64,000 nt of DNA from assembly GCA_048213135.1 (NCBI GenBank), contig PS015054.1, positions 195,812 to 259,811 on the forward strand, in the 5' to 3' direction. The notes below the pieces were generated by a model. It made no database searches. It saw only the letters and a program-made list of their open reading frames with translations, and was not told the DNA's origin. The position numbers and the translations under genes are program-made. Every line of letters starts with the position of its first letter. Position 1 is the stretch's first letter. This stretch comes from Reclinomonas americana ATCC 50394. Taxonomy: Eukaryota. Below, one piece after another: positions 35,060 to 48,100 of this stretch.

Positions 35060-36737
35060 ATGAGCAGCACAACAACAACAAAACGTGGCCAGCTGGCCAT
35101 GAAGATAACACGGGCGTTCCAGCATGTGCACGGCGAGGTGCCCGAGGCTGAGCCGCCGCTGTTGCTCGCCGCCGTTGGTGAGTGTTGTTGATGAGACACA
35201 CACGACACCAACAATTCACTCATCGCCGGTTCGCGCCACCACGCGCCCGCTGCATGTGTCTGTGTCTTTGTGTCACTTGTGGCCTGTGTCTTCTCTCTCT
35301 CTATCGATCGTCTCTTGACTTGCGTGATCATATGTCGTTTTATTTTTCGCGCCCTGCCCTGATCTTCGCCCGACATCTCGCTCACCTGCACTCACCTGCC
35401 CCGTTCTCGCTCTCTTCTTGTGTCGGGCACATTGTGCGAAATGTGTGGAGATGCTGAGTGGGAGAGAGAAAGGGAAGGGATCTATTAATGTGCGCGATTG
35501 AGCTTTTCGTCGGAGCATTTCCGGCGCTCGGAGTGACTGCGTTTCTCTCTTTCTCTCTTTCTCGCTCGCTCTTCCTCTTGCGATGCTGTCAGTGAGGGGG
35601 GAGGGAGAGGTATCTGCATGCGATTCGCTTGACCACGCGTGCATTCGTGCCTTTTTATTCTTCATGCGCGGGTTGTTGTGCTGACCATGATTCGCTGCGA
35701 CAGGCGCATATCTGCTGGCCACTCGTTCGGCATCTTCGTGCGTGGTGACGCAACCATGCAAGCACACATACGTGGCACGCTCACGTCATCTGCTGCTGGT
35801 GACGCCGACTGGTGTGTCCAGTCCGGTTTTGTATGTGGACCCGGATTTTGCGTCGCTGTGCACCATTGCACGGCCGACGCCGGCCTACGCACAGCTGGTG
35901 GCGTCGCTGGTCGACCGTGTGTTTGTCGGCACACGTGCCGATGTGGAGCGCGTCGTGCAGCATGTGGCCAGCGAGGCCGCCAAGTCATTTGTCGAGTTTG
36001 ACATGCCGCTGCCGCCGTGGCGGTCGCGTGAAGCGCTGATGCACAACTTTGAGGTGCCGCCGACCTCCAGTACAGACAACAGCAACAGCAAGGACGATGA
36101 CGCGTGCGACCAAGAAACAAGTTGTCGCGCCCTGCAACAACGCATGCAGCAAATGACGCAACAGCTGGCCGACCCCGACGCGGTCGACAATGCCACGAAA
36201 AAGTGCCCGGTTGTCGCCTCGCTGATGCGCCTGCTGGCCAAGTCACCTGTGCTGTCGTCCACGGCCTCCCGGTCACCCGTGCTCCACTCGTCGCCACCCT
36301 CACCACCGACCAACAACTCGGAGATCGCCGTAGACGATGACGACGACGACGACGACGCCGTGACCGCCAACGGCGATGCCGAGGCCGACGAGTTCATTCT
36401 CGGTCTCCTGGACGACGAGTCGCTGCTGAGCAGCCTGGACGGAGACGATGACGATGATGATGACGACGACGACGACGACGACGATGCGCTGTCTGGTGTC
36501 GACTCCGACGTCAGCGACCTCAACTCACAACGACAGCTGCTGGCGCCGCGCTCCACAAGCGTCGGTGTCTCCACCTCGGACACGTCGGCCTCGTCATGCT
36601 TCCTCTCACCCAGCTTCCACACCGTCGCCGAGGCACCCTTGGTGTCTCGTGCACCCCCGGCGGCCGCCAAGCCGTCGAAGCACTTTCTCTTCGCATCGCC
36701 CTCTGACATGGACGCTGCGTTGTCCGCGCACCTGTAG
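35060..36737 (+). CDS. DUF506 (PDDEXK-like) domain protein with acidic C-terminal region, 2 exons
   Basis: YVDPDFASLCTIARPTPAYAQLVASLVDRVFVG…SEAAKSFVEFDMPLPPWR matches the DUF506 consensus (VD.DF…F.IARPT..Y…FVG…AAK.S….M.LPPWR); intron about 35178-35703. Confidence 0.85.
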
Positions 36738-37013
36738 ATAGAATCACACATACTCTCTCCTTTCTCTCTCTCTCTCTAGCCCATTCTGTTTTGCATACGG
36801 TTCCCCCCCTTCGATGGCGTGCCTCCCCTCTATTCTAGATTATCGCATACCACCGTTGCTCCCCCTGTTTCGCCTCTGCTCTATAACTGTGAAAAGGAAA
36901 AGAAAAAACCATTAAACTGTTGTGTTCTTGTTTGCTACTGCCTCTTGTGCCAGAAGAATTCACTCATTTTGCAGCTCGAGACGCGTGTCCCTGCTGCCAC
37001 AGAACGAGCTAGA

Positions 37014-37501
37014 TCACTTGCCAGAGGTACTCTTCTCTGCGTACGACTTGACCAACTGCGCGCGCACCAACAATGAGCTTGGTGGAAGGGAAGAGAGAAG
37101 AGCACGATGATGCGCAACTGCCTCCAAATCCTTCTCCTCGCGTGCGGCAAACGATGTTGCCAGTGAGCCGAATGCTGCGCCTGCTGCTCCAAACACCAGA
37201 TACTCCCACGGTTCTACACGCGTACGCAAACGAATGAGTGTGAACGATGATCGACTGCACCAACACACACACTCTCTCTCTGCGTGTCACACTCACCACG
37301 CGCCAATGGCAGCTTGCGCACAGCGTTGGTGTACAGCTTGGTGAGCAGACCAAGTGCAGCTCCCCCTGAGCGCGTGTGTGCGTGTCAGAGAGTGAGAGGC
37401 GAGGCATGTCGTTCTCTCTCTCTCTTTCTCTCACGTGCTGATCTCACACACACAATGCACGCGCACACACGCTCTACAGCACACACACCTGCAACTTCCA
37501 T
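37014..37501 (-). CDS. NDUFC2: Mitochondrial complex I accessory subunit B14.5b/NDUFC2-like, 3 exons
   Basis: MEVAG|GAALGLLTKLYTNAVRKLPLAR|EPWEYLVFGAAGAAFG matches the GA..G…Y.N..RKLP..R.PWE signature of plant/algal B14.5b. Confidence 0.82.
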
Positions 37502-37602
37502 GATGTGCACTGAGGTCTAAGAGAGTGAGTGTGTGTGGATTTCATCGACCCATCGAAACTGCATTCGCTGTCTTGTTCTCTCTCTGCTCACACACGCCGC
37601 GA
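37502..37602. promoter_or_regulatory. Putative bidirectional promoter (101 bp)
   Basis: NDUFC2 ATG at 37501 (-) and RAD6 ATG at 37603 (+). Confidence 0.55.
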
Positions 37603-38439
37603 ATGTCGTCCACCGCACGTCGTCGCCTCATTCGCGACTACAGGAAAATCCGTGAGGATGCACCACAGGTGAGTCAATGAGAGAGAGAAAGAGAAAGAGT
37701 GTGCTGGTCGAGCTTTTTTTCTGTTTGTGCGCATACTCACTCACAATGCACACACGTGCGCCACACACACTGCGCAGGGTATCAGTGCCAGCCCCAACGA
37801 GCACGATGTGATGAAGTGGGGCGCAGTGATTTTTGGGTGCGTTGTGCGCGCCATCGCAGTCGCGCGTGTGTGTGTGTCGCGCTCTGTCTCTCACTCTTGT
37901 GTGTATGTTGTGCTCTTGTGGCGTGTATGTGTAGACCGGAGGAGACACCATGGGAAGGCGGCACATTCCATCTCGAACTTGTCTTCTCAGAAGAGTACCC
38001 CAATAAGCCACCGCGGGTACGCTTCATCACCAAGCTCTTCCATCCAAACGGTAATAAGGAGCACAGAGACACACAGAACGAAGCAGCAGCTCATCATTAT
38101 CTCTTAACACATTTGCGCCGCCAGTGTACAACGACGGGCAGATCTGCCTCGACATTCTGCAGAACCAGTGGAGCCCCATCTACGATGTCGCCGCCATTCT
38201 CACCTCGATCCAGGTTCGGGCGCGCTGTGTCTGTCCGCCTTTTTGTTGATCGCCTGCCTGCGTGACTGACTGTTTCTTTGTAGTCGCTGCTGACGGATCC
38301 AAACCCCAATTCGCCTGCGAATGCCGAGGCCGCGCGTTTGTACAACGACGACCGTCGACTGTACGAGAAGACTGTGCGCGAGTACGTGGAGAAGTCGTGG
38401 GAGGACGGCGACGATGGAGGCGGCGAGGGCAGCTCGTAG
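37603..38439 (+). CDS. RAD6: Ubiquitin-conjugating enzyme E2 Rad6/UBC2, 5 exons
   Basis: [15 protein letters not shown]…[51 protein letters not shown]; catalytic Cys present. Confidence 0.97.
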
Positions 38440-38816
38440 AAGAAAAAAACACAACAATGCGAAGAGAGAGGGATTTGTCTTTTCCTTCTTTTTCCACCTC
38501 GGCAGTCGAGGGAGGCATGCGAGGGGAGGCACAGGGGAGAGATGGAAGTAAAACAACGAGAATTGGCGATCCAATCGCGCAGGATCCGACGGACCAATTA
38601 ACGCATCACAATCACTTTTTGTTGTCGACGAGGGAGTGGAGGAAGTACACACTCGCAGCCGAGGCTCAACCCGTCCACTCTCTCTTTCTCTTTTTCTTCT
38701 TCTTTTCCCATTGTGTTGTGTGTTGTTTCCTCTGTGTGTTTGTTAGGCTTCGCCCCCCTCCTGGTGTTTATTCTCCTCTTGTTCTTCTCCTCTTCGTCTT
38801 CTTGCTGCGCGTGTTT

Positions 38817-41743
38817 ATGAGTGACAGTGCAACTCCGCCGCCGCCACCACCACCACCACCCTCTTCATCATCGTCGTCATCATCGTCAGGAACAGCGACA
38901 GCAGCAGCAGCAGTGACGCCTGCAGTCGCGCCCACTGCCAACTCTCCATCATCATCATCACCATCAACTGCCAGCATGCCCTCCACGCCCAGCAGTGCAC
39001 TGCGTGCCGGTGCGCCTCCGTACGTGGCACAGACCGCCACCGTCACCGCCAACGGCAATGGTGACCACCACCCTCACCACGCTCACCACGCCCTCCACCA
39101 CCATCATCATCACCATCTCCAGCAGTACCACGATGTCGACGGCAGCAGTGAGGCGGCAGAGATGCAACGTCAGCTGCACCAGCACCACCAGCAGCAGCAA
39201 CAGCAGCAGCAGATGATGATGATGATGCCGGTGCCTGCGCAGCCGCCATCGGCCTCCGCCTCTAGTGTCCATCACTTTTTCTTGCCGCCGCCTCCTCCTC
39301 AACAGCAACAGCAGCAGCAACAACAGCCGCAGCGACGTGTGTCGGCATCGCACCAGCATCAGCACCACCTGCAACAGCAGCACCAGCAACAGCAGCAACA
39401 GCAGCAGCAGCAGCAGCACCAGCAGCAGCTACAGTTGCATGCAATGATGAGCAATGGGCTGTTTGTGGACGGTGGCATGGGAATGGACGACGCGCACTCG
39501 TGCGACCCCTGCAACGTGTTTGTCAAGTACCTGCCGCAGGTGCGTGGTTGACACTACACGCGCGCGTGCGATTGTTTGTTTGTGTGTTGAGCGCGATGTC
39601 CATGTCTGTTGGCCAACTTTTTTTTTGGTCGCGCTCTTTCGCCCCCTCGTGTGTGCTGTTGTCACTTTACACACACGCGCGTGTGCTGATGTGCGTGTGT
39701 GTTGTTGTTTGTTTTGATCGCAGGACTTTGATGATGCGGCGCTGGTTGAGCTGTTTAGTCCATACGGCACAGTGGTCAGCGCAAAGGTCATGGTGGATCC
39801 GCAAAGTGGCGCCTCGCTCGGCTTTGGGTTGCGTTTCCTTCCTCCTCTGTCTCCCCACCACCCTCCCGCCCACTTTCATTTCGTGTCTTGATGGGGTGTG
39901 GTCTTTCGAGAGTGTGAGAGTGTGAGTGTGTTTGTGGTTGCTGAAGGGGGTGTCGAGGCTCCGATCGCCGCATTTGTCAAAACTCGGTTTTTCTTCCGTG
40001 TTTTTCTGTGGATTTGGGTGCGGACACGTGGCTGCCTCCGCCCGGCCCATCCGTATTACTGTCGCACCAACTTTCTTTGTCTCCCTGTCTGTCGAGCGCA
40101 CGCACCTTCTCGACATTGCACATACTTTGACCATTTTTGTTCGTTGTTCGCTCAATCGACGCACATTTCGGGGTTTATTGGGTGATGTGTGTCTTTCTCT
40201 CTCGTGTTGACTCTTTTTGTGCTCTGCTGGTGCGCAGCTTTGTGCGCTTCCCGTCATCGGAGGACGCCGAGCAGGCCATCAAGCACTTGAATGGGCACAA
40301 GATCGGTCCGAAAACTCTGCTCTGCAAGCTCAGCAATGCGCGCAACCAGCAGGAGAGTACCAACTTGTACATCAAGCCGCTGCTGCCGACCACCACCGAA
40401 GGTGAGTCACACGCGTCCTCTGCATTCAGGCTTGGAGGCTCGCCTCACCTATATCGATTTGGGAGCAGAGGATCTCAAGGAGCTCTTTGGACGCTACGGC
40501 AAAATCGAGACCGTCAAGGTGCTCACCGATCGCAAGACAGGCAGCAGCCGGCAGATTGGCTTTGTCAAGTTTGAGAATCAGGACGAGGCCAACATGGCCA
40601 TGATGTCGATGAACGGCTTCCAGTTCGCCGTCGGCACTCCGCCTCTGACGGGTTTGTGTCACTCTCGGGTCACACCTGGTCGTCGTCACCGTTGCCTGAC
40701 TTGTGCACTCGCAGTCAAATACGCCGAGACCGAGGATGAGAAGCTTCGACGCCGCAACCGGATGCAGATTCGTATGCGACACGCCAGCAAGATCACCATG
40801 CCCATGCCGTACGCAATGGCCATGCCCATGGGTGAGTTCGTGCTCCGCCCTTCTTTTTTGTTTTTGGTTCTCCCACTCACACCTTTCGCACAGAGAGCCC
40901 GTACATGATGGCCTACGATGGACTGGGCATGCCCATGGGTGCTCCGCCACCGCCACCACCGCCACCGCCGGGACACATGGCGGCTCACCATGCGCATCAC
41001 GCACACCATGCCATGGCCAGTGCTCCGGTGGGGCCGTCGTCCGTGTCGAGCGCGCCGCCGCCACCACCACCGCCGCATGCCGTGCACCATCATCCGCACC
41101 ACCCACACCATCCGCACCACCATCCACATGCGGTGGCCGCCGCTGCGATGGTGATGCCCCCGGCTGGTCTGGATTACATGAGCTTCCCGCAGATGGGCAT
41201 GATGGGCTCGCCGGCGCCGCATCCGTCGCACCACATGGGTGTGCCGCCGTCGGCGTCCGCTGGTCCCGCCGGCTACGCCACGCAATCGCCGCTGGCACCC
41301 GCATCGCCGGCTCTGCCACCGGCCATGGGTGTGATGCCGCCAATGGCCACCATGGTCCCTCCGGGTGCGGCCAGCATGGCAGGCGCTGGCATGATGGGCA
41401 CCACACCGGCCAATCTGTTCATCTTCCACTTGCCGTCGGAGCTGGACGACAACGGCTTGCTTGCGCTGTTTGCTCCGTTCGGAGCGGTGGAAAGCGTCAA
41501 GGTGATTCGCGATCAGGCGAATGGCGAGAGCCGTGGCTACGGTTTCGTCAAGTTCATGCACATTAGCGAGGCCATGAACGCCATTTCTCAGATGAATGGC
41601 TTTGAGATTGGCTCCAAGCGCCTGAAGGTTTGTCGAGCGCCTAATGCGCATGGCAGGTTGGTTTGTGTGTGTTAACTGATTGTCGTGTGCAGGTGTCATT
41701 CAAGACCGAGACCCCTGGTGGCCGTGGCCCGCGCCGAACATAA
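38817..41743 (+). CDS. Three-RRM RNA-binding protein (ELAV/RBMS/CELF-like) with polyQ/H/P low-complexity regions
   Basis: RRM1 NVFVKYLP…LGFG|FVRF; RRM2 TNLYIKPL…QIGFVKF; RRM3 NLFIFHLP…RGYGFVKF…KRLK|VSFK. Confidence 0.9.
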
Positions 41744-42552
41744 TGACTGTTCATTCTACCCCTGTCACTGTTGCCACAGCGATGGTCTGAGGCCTTGGCA
41801 CTAATCTCTCCCGTTGTTTCACGTTCCGTTGCCCCCCCTGTGTGTCCATGTGTGTCGCTCGCTGTGTATGAAGTTTCATTTTTTGCTCCTCTACACCATC
41901 GTCTTCTTATTTTTGGCTTATCCTCCCACTTATTCTCCTCCTCCTCCTCCTTTTTTTTCTTCGTCGTCGTCTTGCTGGTGGGTGCGCTCCGCTTGGCCTT
42001 CGGCCGCGTGCTGCATTTTGATTGTGTTTTCCTCGCCTTAGATAATTTTTCGTTCGTCTCATGCTGGAAGGCTACATGCGTTAGTCCATCCCAATGTTAT
42101 CCTACCTGCGCTCACACGTGCTCTTGTCGTCTCTCCCGTTGTTGTGTACATGGAATTGTTGCCTGTTTGCTGTTTGAACACATTGTGTCTTGTACGCGCC
42201 CAATCCGTGGACGATGGTTGCGTGCAACACAAGTGCGGGAGCTCGTGTGTGTGTGTTTGTGGTCGCTTCAATGTCTGTGGTTGTCTCGCTTTTGCTTCTG
42301 AACGAACTGCTGTTTTTCCCTTCGCCGTGATATGGTTGCTCTCTCTCTTCCGCCCCGTTTTTTTGCTTCTTCCAATTACCCCTCCCGTGCGCCAGCGTCT
42401 TTGTTGTCTGCCTGCCGGGTGTGCCCCCCCTCTCGACGTTCCCCCAATCTCTCTCTCCACCTTAGACAGTTTGCTCTCTTTCCCACTTGATCAAATGAAC
42501 CACACATCTGCGTGTGTGTGTGTACGCGTCGCAGTCGCCTCTAGTTTTTCAC

Positions 42553-45018
42553 TCATGACGGTGCAGCTGGTGGCGGTGGTGGCGGCGGTGGTGGTGGTGG
42601 TAGCGAGGGTTGGCCTCGTGCATCTGGATTACGCGCGTCCCGTCGACCGCGAATGAGACTCTGCAGCAGCAGTTGCGACGCCTGTGTGTATCCGACGGAA
42701 CTCCATGCGATGGGAGCGTCGGGCGTGGCTGACTGAATGTGTGCTTGGTGGAACCGCTGCGGTGGACGGTCACAGTTAGCATCCACTTGGGAGAGGGAGA
42801 CGGGTTAGAGGTGCGACGCACTCGTAATATTTCGTCGCCGTGCTGTGTCATGAGGAAGTTGGCCTGCGCATGACGGGAGTGAGCGCGGAGGACACTGGGA
42901 TAAATATCACGAGTGCGACACACCGCACGCCGATGAATGGCATCCATTGGTGACTCGTCCTGCTCCATTTCTCGTTTTCTCTTTGCTTGTTCGTCGTCCG
43001 GGCGCGGTTTCCACACGGTGATTCCAGCCTGTGTCAACGATTCAGTGCCGAAGACGAGGGGAATGAAAAGCAAAGCACAACGAGGACAAAACATCTTCGA
43101 GACTGCTGGTGACGATAACCGGGTCGAGAAGCGTCGGCGCAGCCCGAGCCACATGCACCACCGTACTCTTGTGCCCGCCCAATACACTAACAAGCTCACC
43201 AGCTGTGCGCGTTGTGAGCAGAGGTGAGCGAGAGCGACGCAGCCTCCCACGTGAATATGAACAACACAACTCTGAGCGTCGTAAATGTACGCTCTCCGGT
43301 CCTCGGAGCCTGCACACGTCGGGGAAAGTGAGATCGACACACATAGACAAGTACGCGCGCACACACACGCGCACCGGTCATGCAGTACTTGTCATTGAGC
43401 AGGAACTGGGCATCGATGTTGTAGCCCTCGCACTCGTGTTGTTGCATGCACAGCAGGCTGTTGTGCACGATCAGCAACGCAGTCTGCCTGCTCTATCAAC
43501 AAACACACACACACACCAGTCACTCATTCGCGACAACCGTCGCACGTCAAATAGCCGCAGACTCGAGTCGCGGCCACTCGACAAGAACTGATTCCCAGTG
43601 GACGAGAAGGTGACACCGTTCAGCTTGGAGGCGTGCGCTCGCACTGCCCGTTGTGGTGAGTTCCCGAGGAGAAATATAACACGGAAAAAAGAATCAACCC
43701 ACACACCCTCCTGTACGGCTCGGTCTGGAGAGCGCCAATCAAAGAGGCGCACAAAGCCATCGCGAGTGCCGCACACAAACGTATTCGCGTCGTTGGCATT
43801 GAGTGGTGGCTGAAACTCCAGGCTGTTGACCGTATTCAGAGAGCCCTGCTGTGGCGACGCGGTCACATCTCGAGTGTCCACGCGGAACAGCACTTGCTCC
43901 GTCGGCAGATCCCACCCGCAAATCACCGCACTAATACACCCACTCAGCATGCGGCGATTGTCGCCACCCACCGCTAGTGAGCGGATCCAGTCTGCTTGCG
44001 GCAACGTTCAGCCCAGGTGCACCACACGGAAGAATGAGATCGAAGACACACACACACAACAACAACAACTCGCCTGCATGGTCGCGTAGGATTGCCACAC
44101 ATGTGGCGCGCTCCTCATCATCTTTCCCATCCTCGCGTACGAGCCACAATCGAATGGTGCGATCCAGCGACGCCGTGCTGCGCACGATCAGTCAGTCTCG
44201 AAAGAGGGTGGGAAAGAAAACCAGGCATCTCCAACACCACTCAACAGCATAGTTTCGGGAGCCTGCGAGTGCACGGGCGCAAGGAAACGACACGAAGTGA
44301 TAATCTCAGTGTGCATCAGCGGACCCTCCAGCGAGTAACACCGCGAGCCGTCGGCCGGGTCAAACACATCGAGTGACACAACACCTGTGCTCGCAGCGAA
44401 GGAGTCAACAGAGAGCGCGTACACACTCAACAGAATCACACCACAGACCGCGCGACTTGGACATGCTGGCGGCAAGTCGATTCGAGTATGGCGAGAACTC
44501 AGCAGCAATCACGCATCCACGATCATGTGCGTCGCCAGTACCACCAGCCGCAGCTGTGCACAGAGGTCAACAACAAGAAACCATTGATTCCTGCCTCTGA
44601 CACGCGCGCGCACGCAACATCCATGTGGCACCGACACAAAGTCACGCAGCAGCCGAGCATTGGTGTGTCGCAACCACGCTGTGCGCGACCAACTCCACTC
44701 ACAATCTCTCCTCCTCCTATGCACATCCTCGTCTTCATCATCATCATCAACATCATCGACCTCCTCTACGTGACTGTCGAGGAGCAGCGACAGAGCAGCC
44801 ACTGCAGCAGAAGGAGGAGGCTGCTCATCATCATCAGCAGCAGCAGCCACTGACAACAACGACGATGATTGCCGACGTTGTTGTTGTTGTCGACGTCGAC
44901 CGAGCAATGCCGCGCCGCCGTCCTCGCGCGTGCGACACAGGTCGGCAAGCGTTAATGCACGATAGGGAGGAGGCGGCGGCGCCGATGGTGGTAGTGGCGG
45001 CGATCGACTCGTCGCCAT
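42553..45018 (-). CDS. WD40-repeat protein
   Basis: Repeats TASLDRTIRLW, DH|ADWIRSL, GTRDGFVRLFD, AHASKLNGVTFS…SGRDSSLRLFD, GSEDRRAYIYD; Pro-rich termini. Confidence 0.88.
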
Positions 45019-45192
45019 TGTGATGCAATCCTCGTGTCCTGTGCCCTACTTCGGACATCATTCGAGACGCTTGTGTCGCGGCGGCTTCGTTGTTCTCTGC
45101 TCCGATCATCAGTGGGAGAGAAAGAGAGAGACGCACAAACGGGGAGAGAGAGAGACAGCGTGTACAGTGCGCTTTTATAACACGGGACGGGT

Positions 45193-48100
45193 ATGAAGAG
45201 CAGAGGAAGGACTCGTCGAGTGGTGCGGCTGCTGCTGCTGCTCCTGGCTGCAGTCGTGTGCTGTGTTCTATCGTCATCGCCATGGTTGTTAGTGCATGGT
45301 GAGTGCGTGACACAAATGGGAGAGTGCATTCACGCAACCACCACCGACTCATGTGTCTCTGTCGGGCAGCGGCTTCGTCGCCGGCGGCTGGTTCGCCTGA
45401 TGTACCGACCAACGTGTCGATTGACTTTGTGGGGCGAGTGGGCGAGGGCACCACCAGCTACATGGCCATTCGCATGTCATGGGATCCACCGGTACGCGTC
45501 GGCAATGGGCCTCTCACGGACTATGGTTTGTGCGACACTCTCGCTCTGCCGCCTCCTCCTCCTCCTCCTCCTCCTCCTCGCTGAGGCGTCTCCCTCTGTT
45601 TCGTCGCAGGCTTCACTGTCACGGAGGCGGGTAGTGGCGCGGTGACCACTGGTCTTGCTGGCTCCGGATCAATCACTGCATACTCGCTGTCGCAGTTCCA
45701 GTTCTCGCTGTCGGCCGGCAACACGTACTCGGTGGTGGTGAGCAGTGCAGTGGTCTCCGCGATTGCCTTGCTGTCGAACTGACGACTTTCTCTCTTCGTT
45801 TCCTGCCGTGCAGATGTATGCTGTCAATGCGTATGGTCCGGGCACGCCGAGCGCGTCGCTGTCGGCCACGCTGCCGCTGTCGGGAAATCCGTACATGCAG
45901 ATTGCGGATCTGGCGGTCGCCGAGGTCACTGCCACCACCCTGCGCCTCTCGTGGAGTGCACCGACCCGCATTGGGCAGTCGGCGCCAGTGACAGGTGGTG
46001 CTCTCCTCGCTCCATTCTACCAGTTGCAGCAAGCGACCAGCGACGCACCTACGACATGGACCGACTGTGCGTTGTCGGGAGATTCGACTCTGGACGGCAG
46101 CGCGAAGCAGACAGTGCGCATCATCTCATTGCAAGCCGGTACCACCTATCTGTTCCGAGTGCGTGAAACCTTTCGTTGTTGTTGTTGATCATTTCTGTGA
46201 TCGCTAACCTCCTGTCAGGTGCGAGCATACTCGTTCTACGGCTACGGGCCGTTCAGCAGCTCGCTGACGCAGAGTTCGGCGAGTGGTGCAATGACGCCCG
46301 ATGCACCCGACTTCTCCACGTTTACATTCTACGGTGTCACGTCGAGCAGCGTGCGCCTGACGTGGCTCGATCCCGTCCGCATCGGACGCCCGCTGGTGTC
46401 ACCGTATTTTGTCGTCGAAGTGGCGCAGGATCCGTTTGGCGCGTTTGCCACAGCCACAGGCACTGTGTCGCGTTATTCAGACCCTGTCACCGGTCGTTCC
46501 GGTGGCTCCGTGTTCGTCACTGGCCTGTCGGCATCCACACGCTACAACTTCCGAGTGCGTCTGTCGAGGAATTGTGCCCTCACTGACGGTCGCCACTGCG
46601 TCTGACCTGCATTTTTCGGTGTGCAGATTGCTGCGGTAAACAGCGTTGGCACTGGCCCGTTCCAGACGTGCACGAATCCCTACAGTGCTCTCGGTTCCAT
46701 CACCACGACGGCTGCCGGCGTGTCGCCCGACGCTCCGACCGTGTCAATTGATCGTGTGGTGCAAACGTCTGCCACGCAGGCGACCATGTATCTGCAAGTG
46801 ACCACCGGACTTAGCATCGGTAGCACACTGAATCAGTCGGCGCCGTACGACGTCTCAGTCGGCACTGTCGGCGAAGAGTGCAACAAGGTCAGCACGCCAA
46901 CCATCAGTATCTCCTCCAATGCGGACACATCGCGGAGCGCCACACTGACGCTCTCGGCCATCTTCACTGGCAATCTGGGAGTCAACAATACGTGTCGTCC
47001 AATAGTTGCGTCAGTATCGGCACTCCATTGCGTAGGACGACGGCGGTCACCACTCCTGTGCTGATCGTGCTGGTGCGCAGGTACGAGTTCGTACAGCCAC
47101 TGGCCTTGTTTCTGCTGGGGTAAAGCCGCCGGCCTTTGATTTTTCGGTTTCGCGGACACTCCCCGATCCCCCGGCTGCGGTGACAGTCGTACAGCAGGGT
47201 GTGGGCTCGGTGGTCGTCGACATTCAACGCCCAGTCGCCGTGGCTGCCGGCATTGCGTCGTACTCCTACCGCTACAACGGCTTGGCACTGCTGGCTGCCA
47301 CTGTCGAGTATGTTGGGTCGGACGGCACGCTCTCGACGTCGGTGCCGTCGTCGATAGCTACTGCCAGCGTCACTCGCGTGCGTCTGACTTCGGCAAGCTT
47401 CGCGCCACTCTCCGCCTTCAACTTGCAGGTCAGTTGCTACTGTAGCGGAGGACAAGTATGCACGCATTCGTGTTTTCACACCGCTTCGCGCGTTGTTTTT
47501 TTCGCCGCAGGTGTCAAGTGTCGACACAGACGGTGACACGAGTGCGACGGCCGCGTCGGTGGCGCTCATGATTCCCGCCGCGGTCAGTGTGGCAACTGCT
47601 GTGTCGGCCTCGGCCACCCCGGTCACGGACGTGACGGACACGAGTGTCACCGTGTACTGGAGCCCGTCTCCGTCCACTGGCGACGGCAAGCTCATCTCAC
47701 CGTACTACTCGGTTTCGGTGCGACCAGTCTCCACGGGTGTTTCGACGGCCGTATCTGCCACGGTCTCGTCGCCGTTCGGCACCCTGTCGTCGATCTCCGT
47801 CACCAGTCTCACTGCCGACACGGCGTACCAAGTGCTGGTCAGTCCGGTGACCGATGGGCCGAGTGCGGCCACGGCTCCACTTCTGGTTGTTGCCTCGTTC
47901 CGCACCTCTGTAGGTCAGTGCATGAACCCCGTGCGTATCACCCCTCGTTGTTAACAAACTGAGATGCCCTCCCCATTCGACATAGCACGAGCGCCGGCAC
48001 CTACCGTGTCATTGCATTTGGTGTCGGACACGTCGCTGTTGGCGCGCATGGTGACCACCACCGTGACGGGTTCCACGTTGGTGGTGGCTGCGCCGTACAC

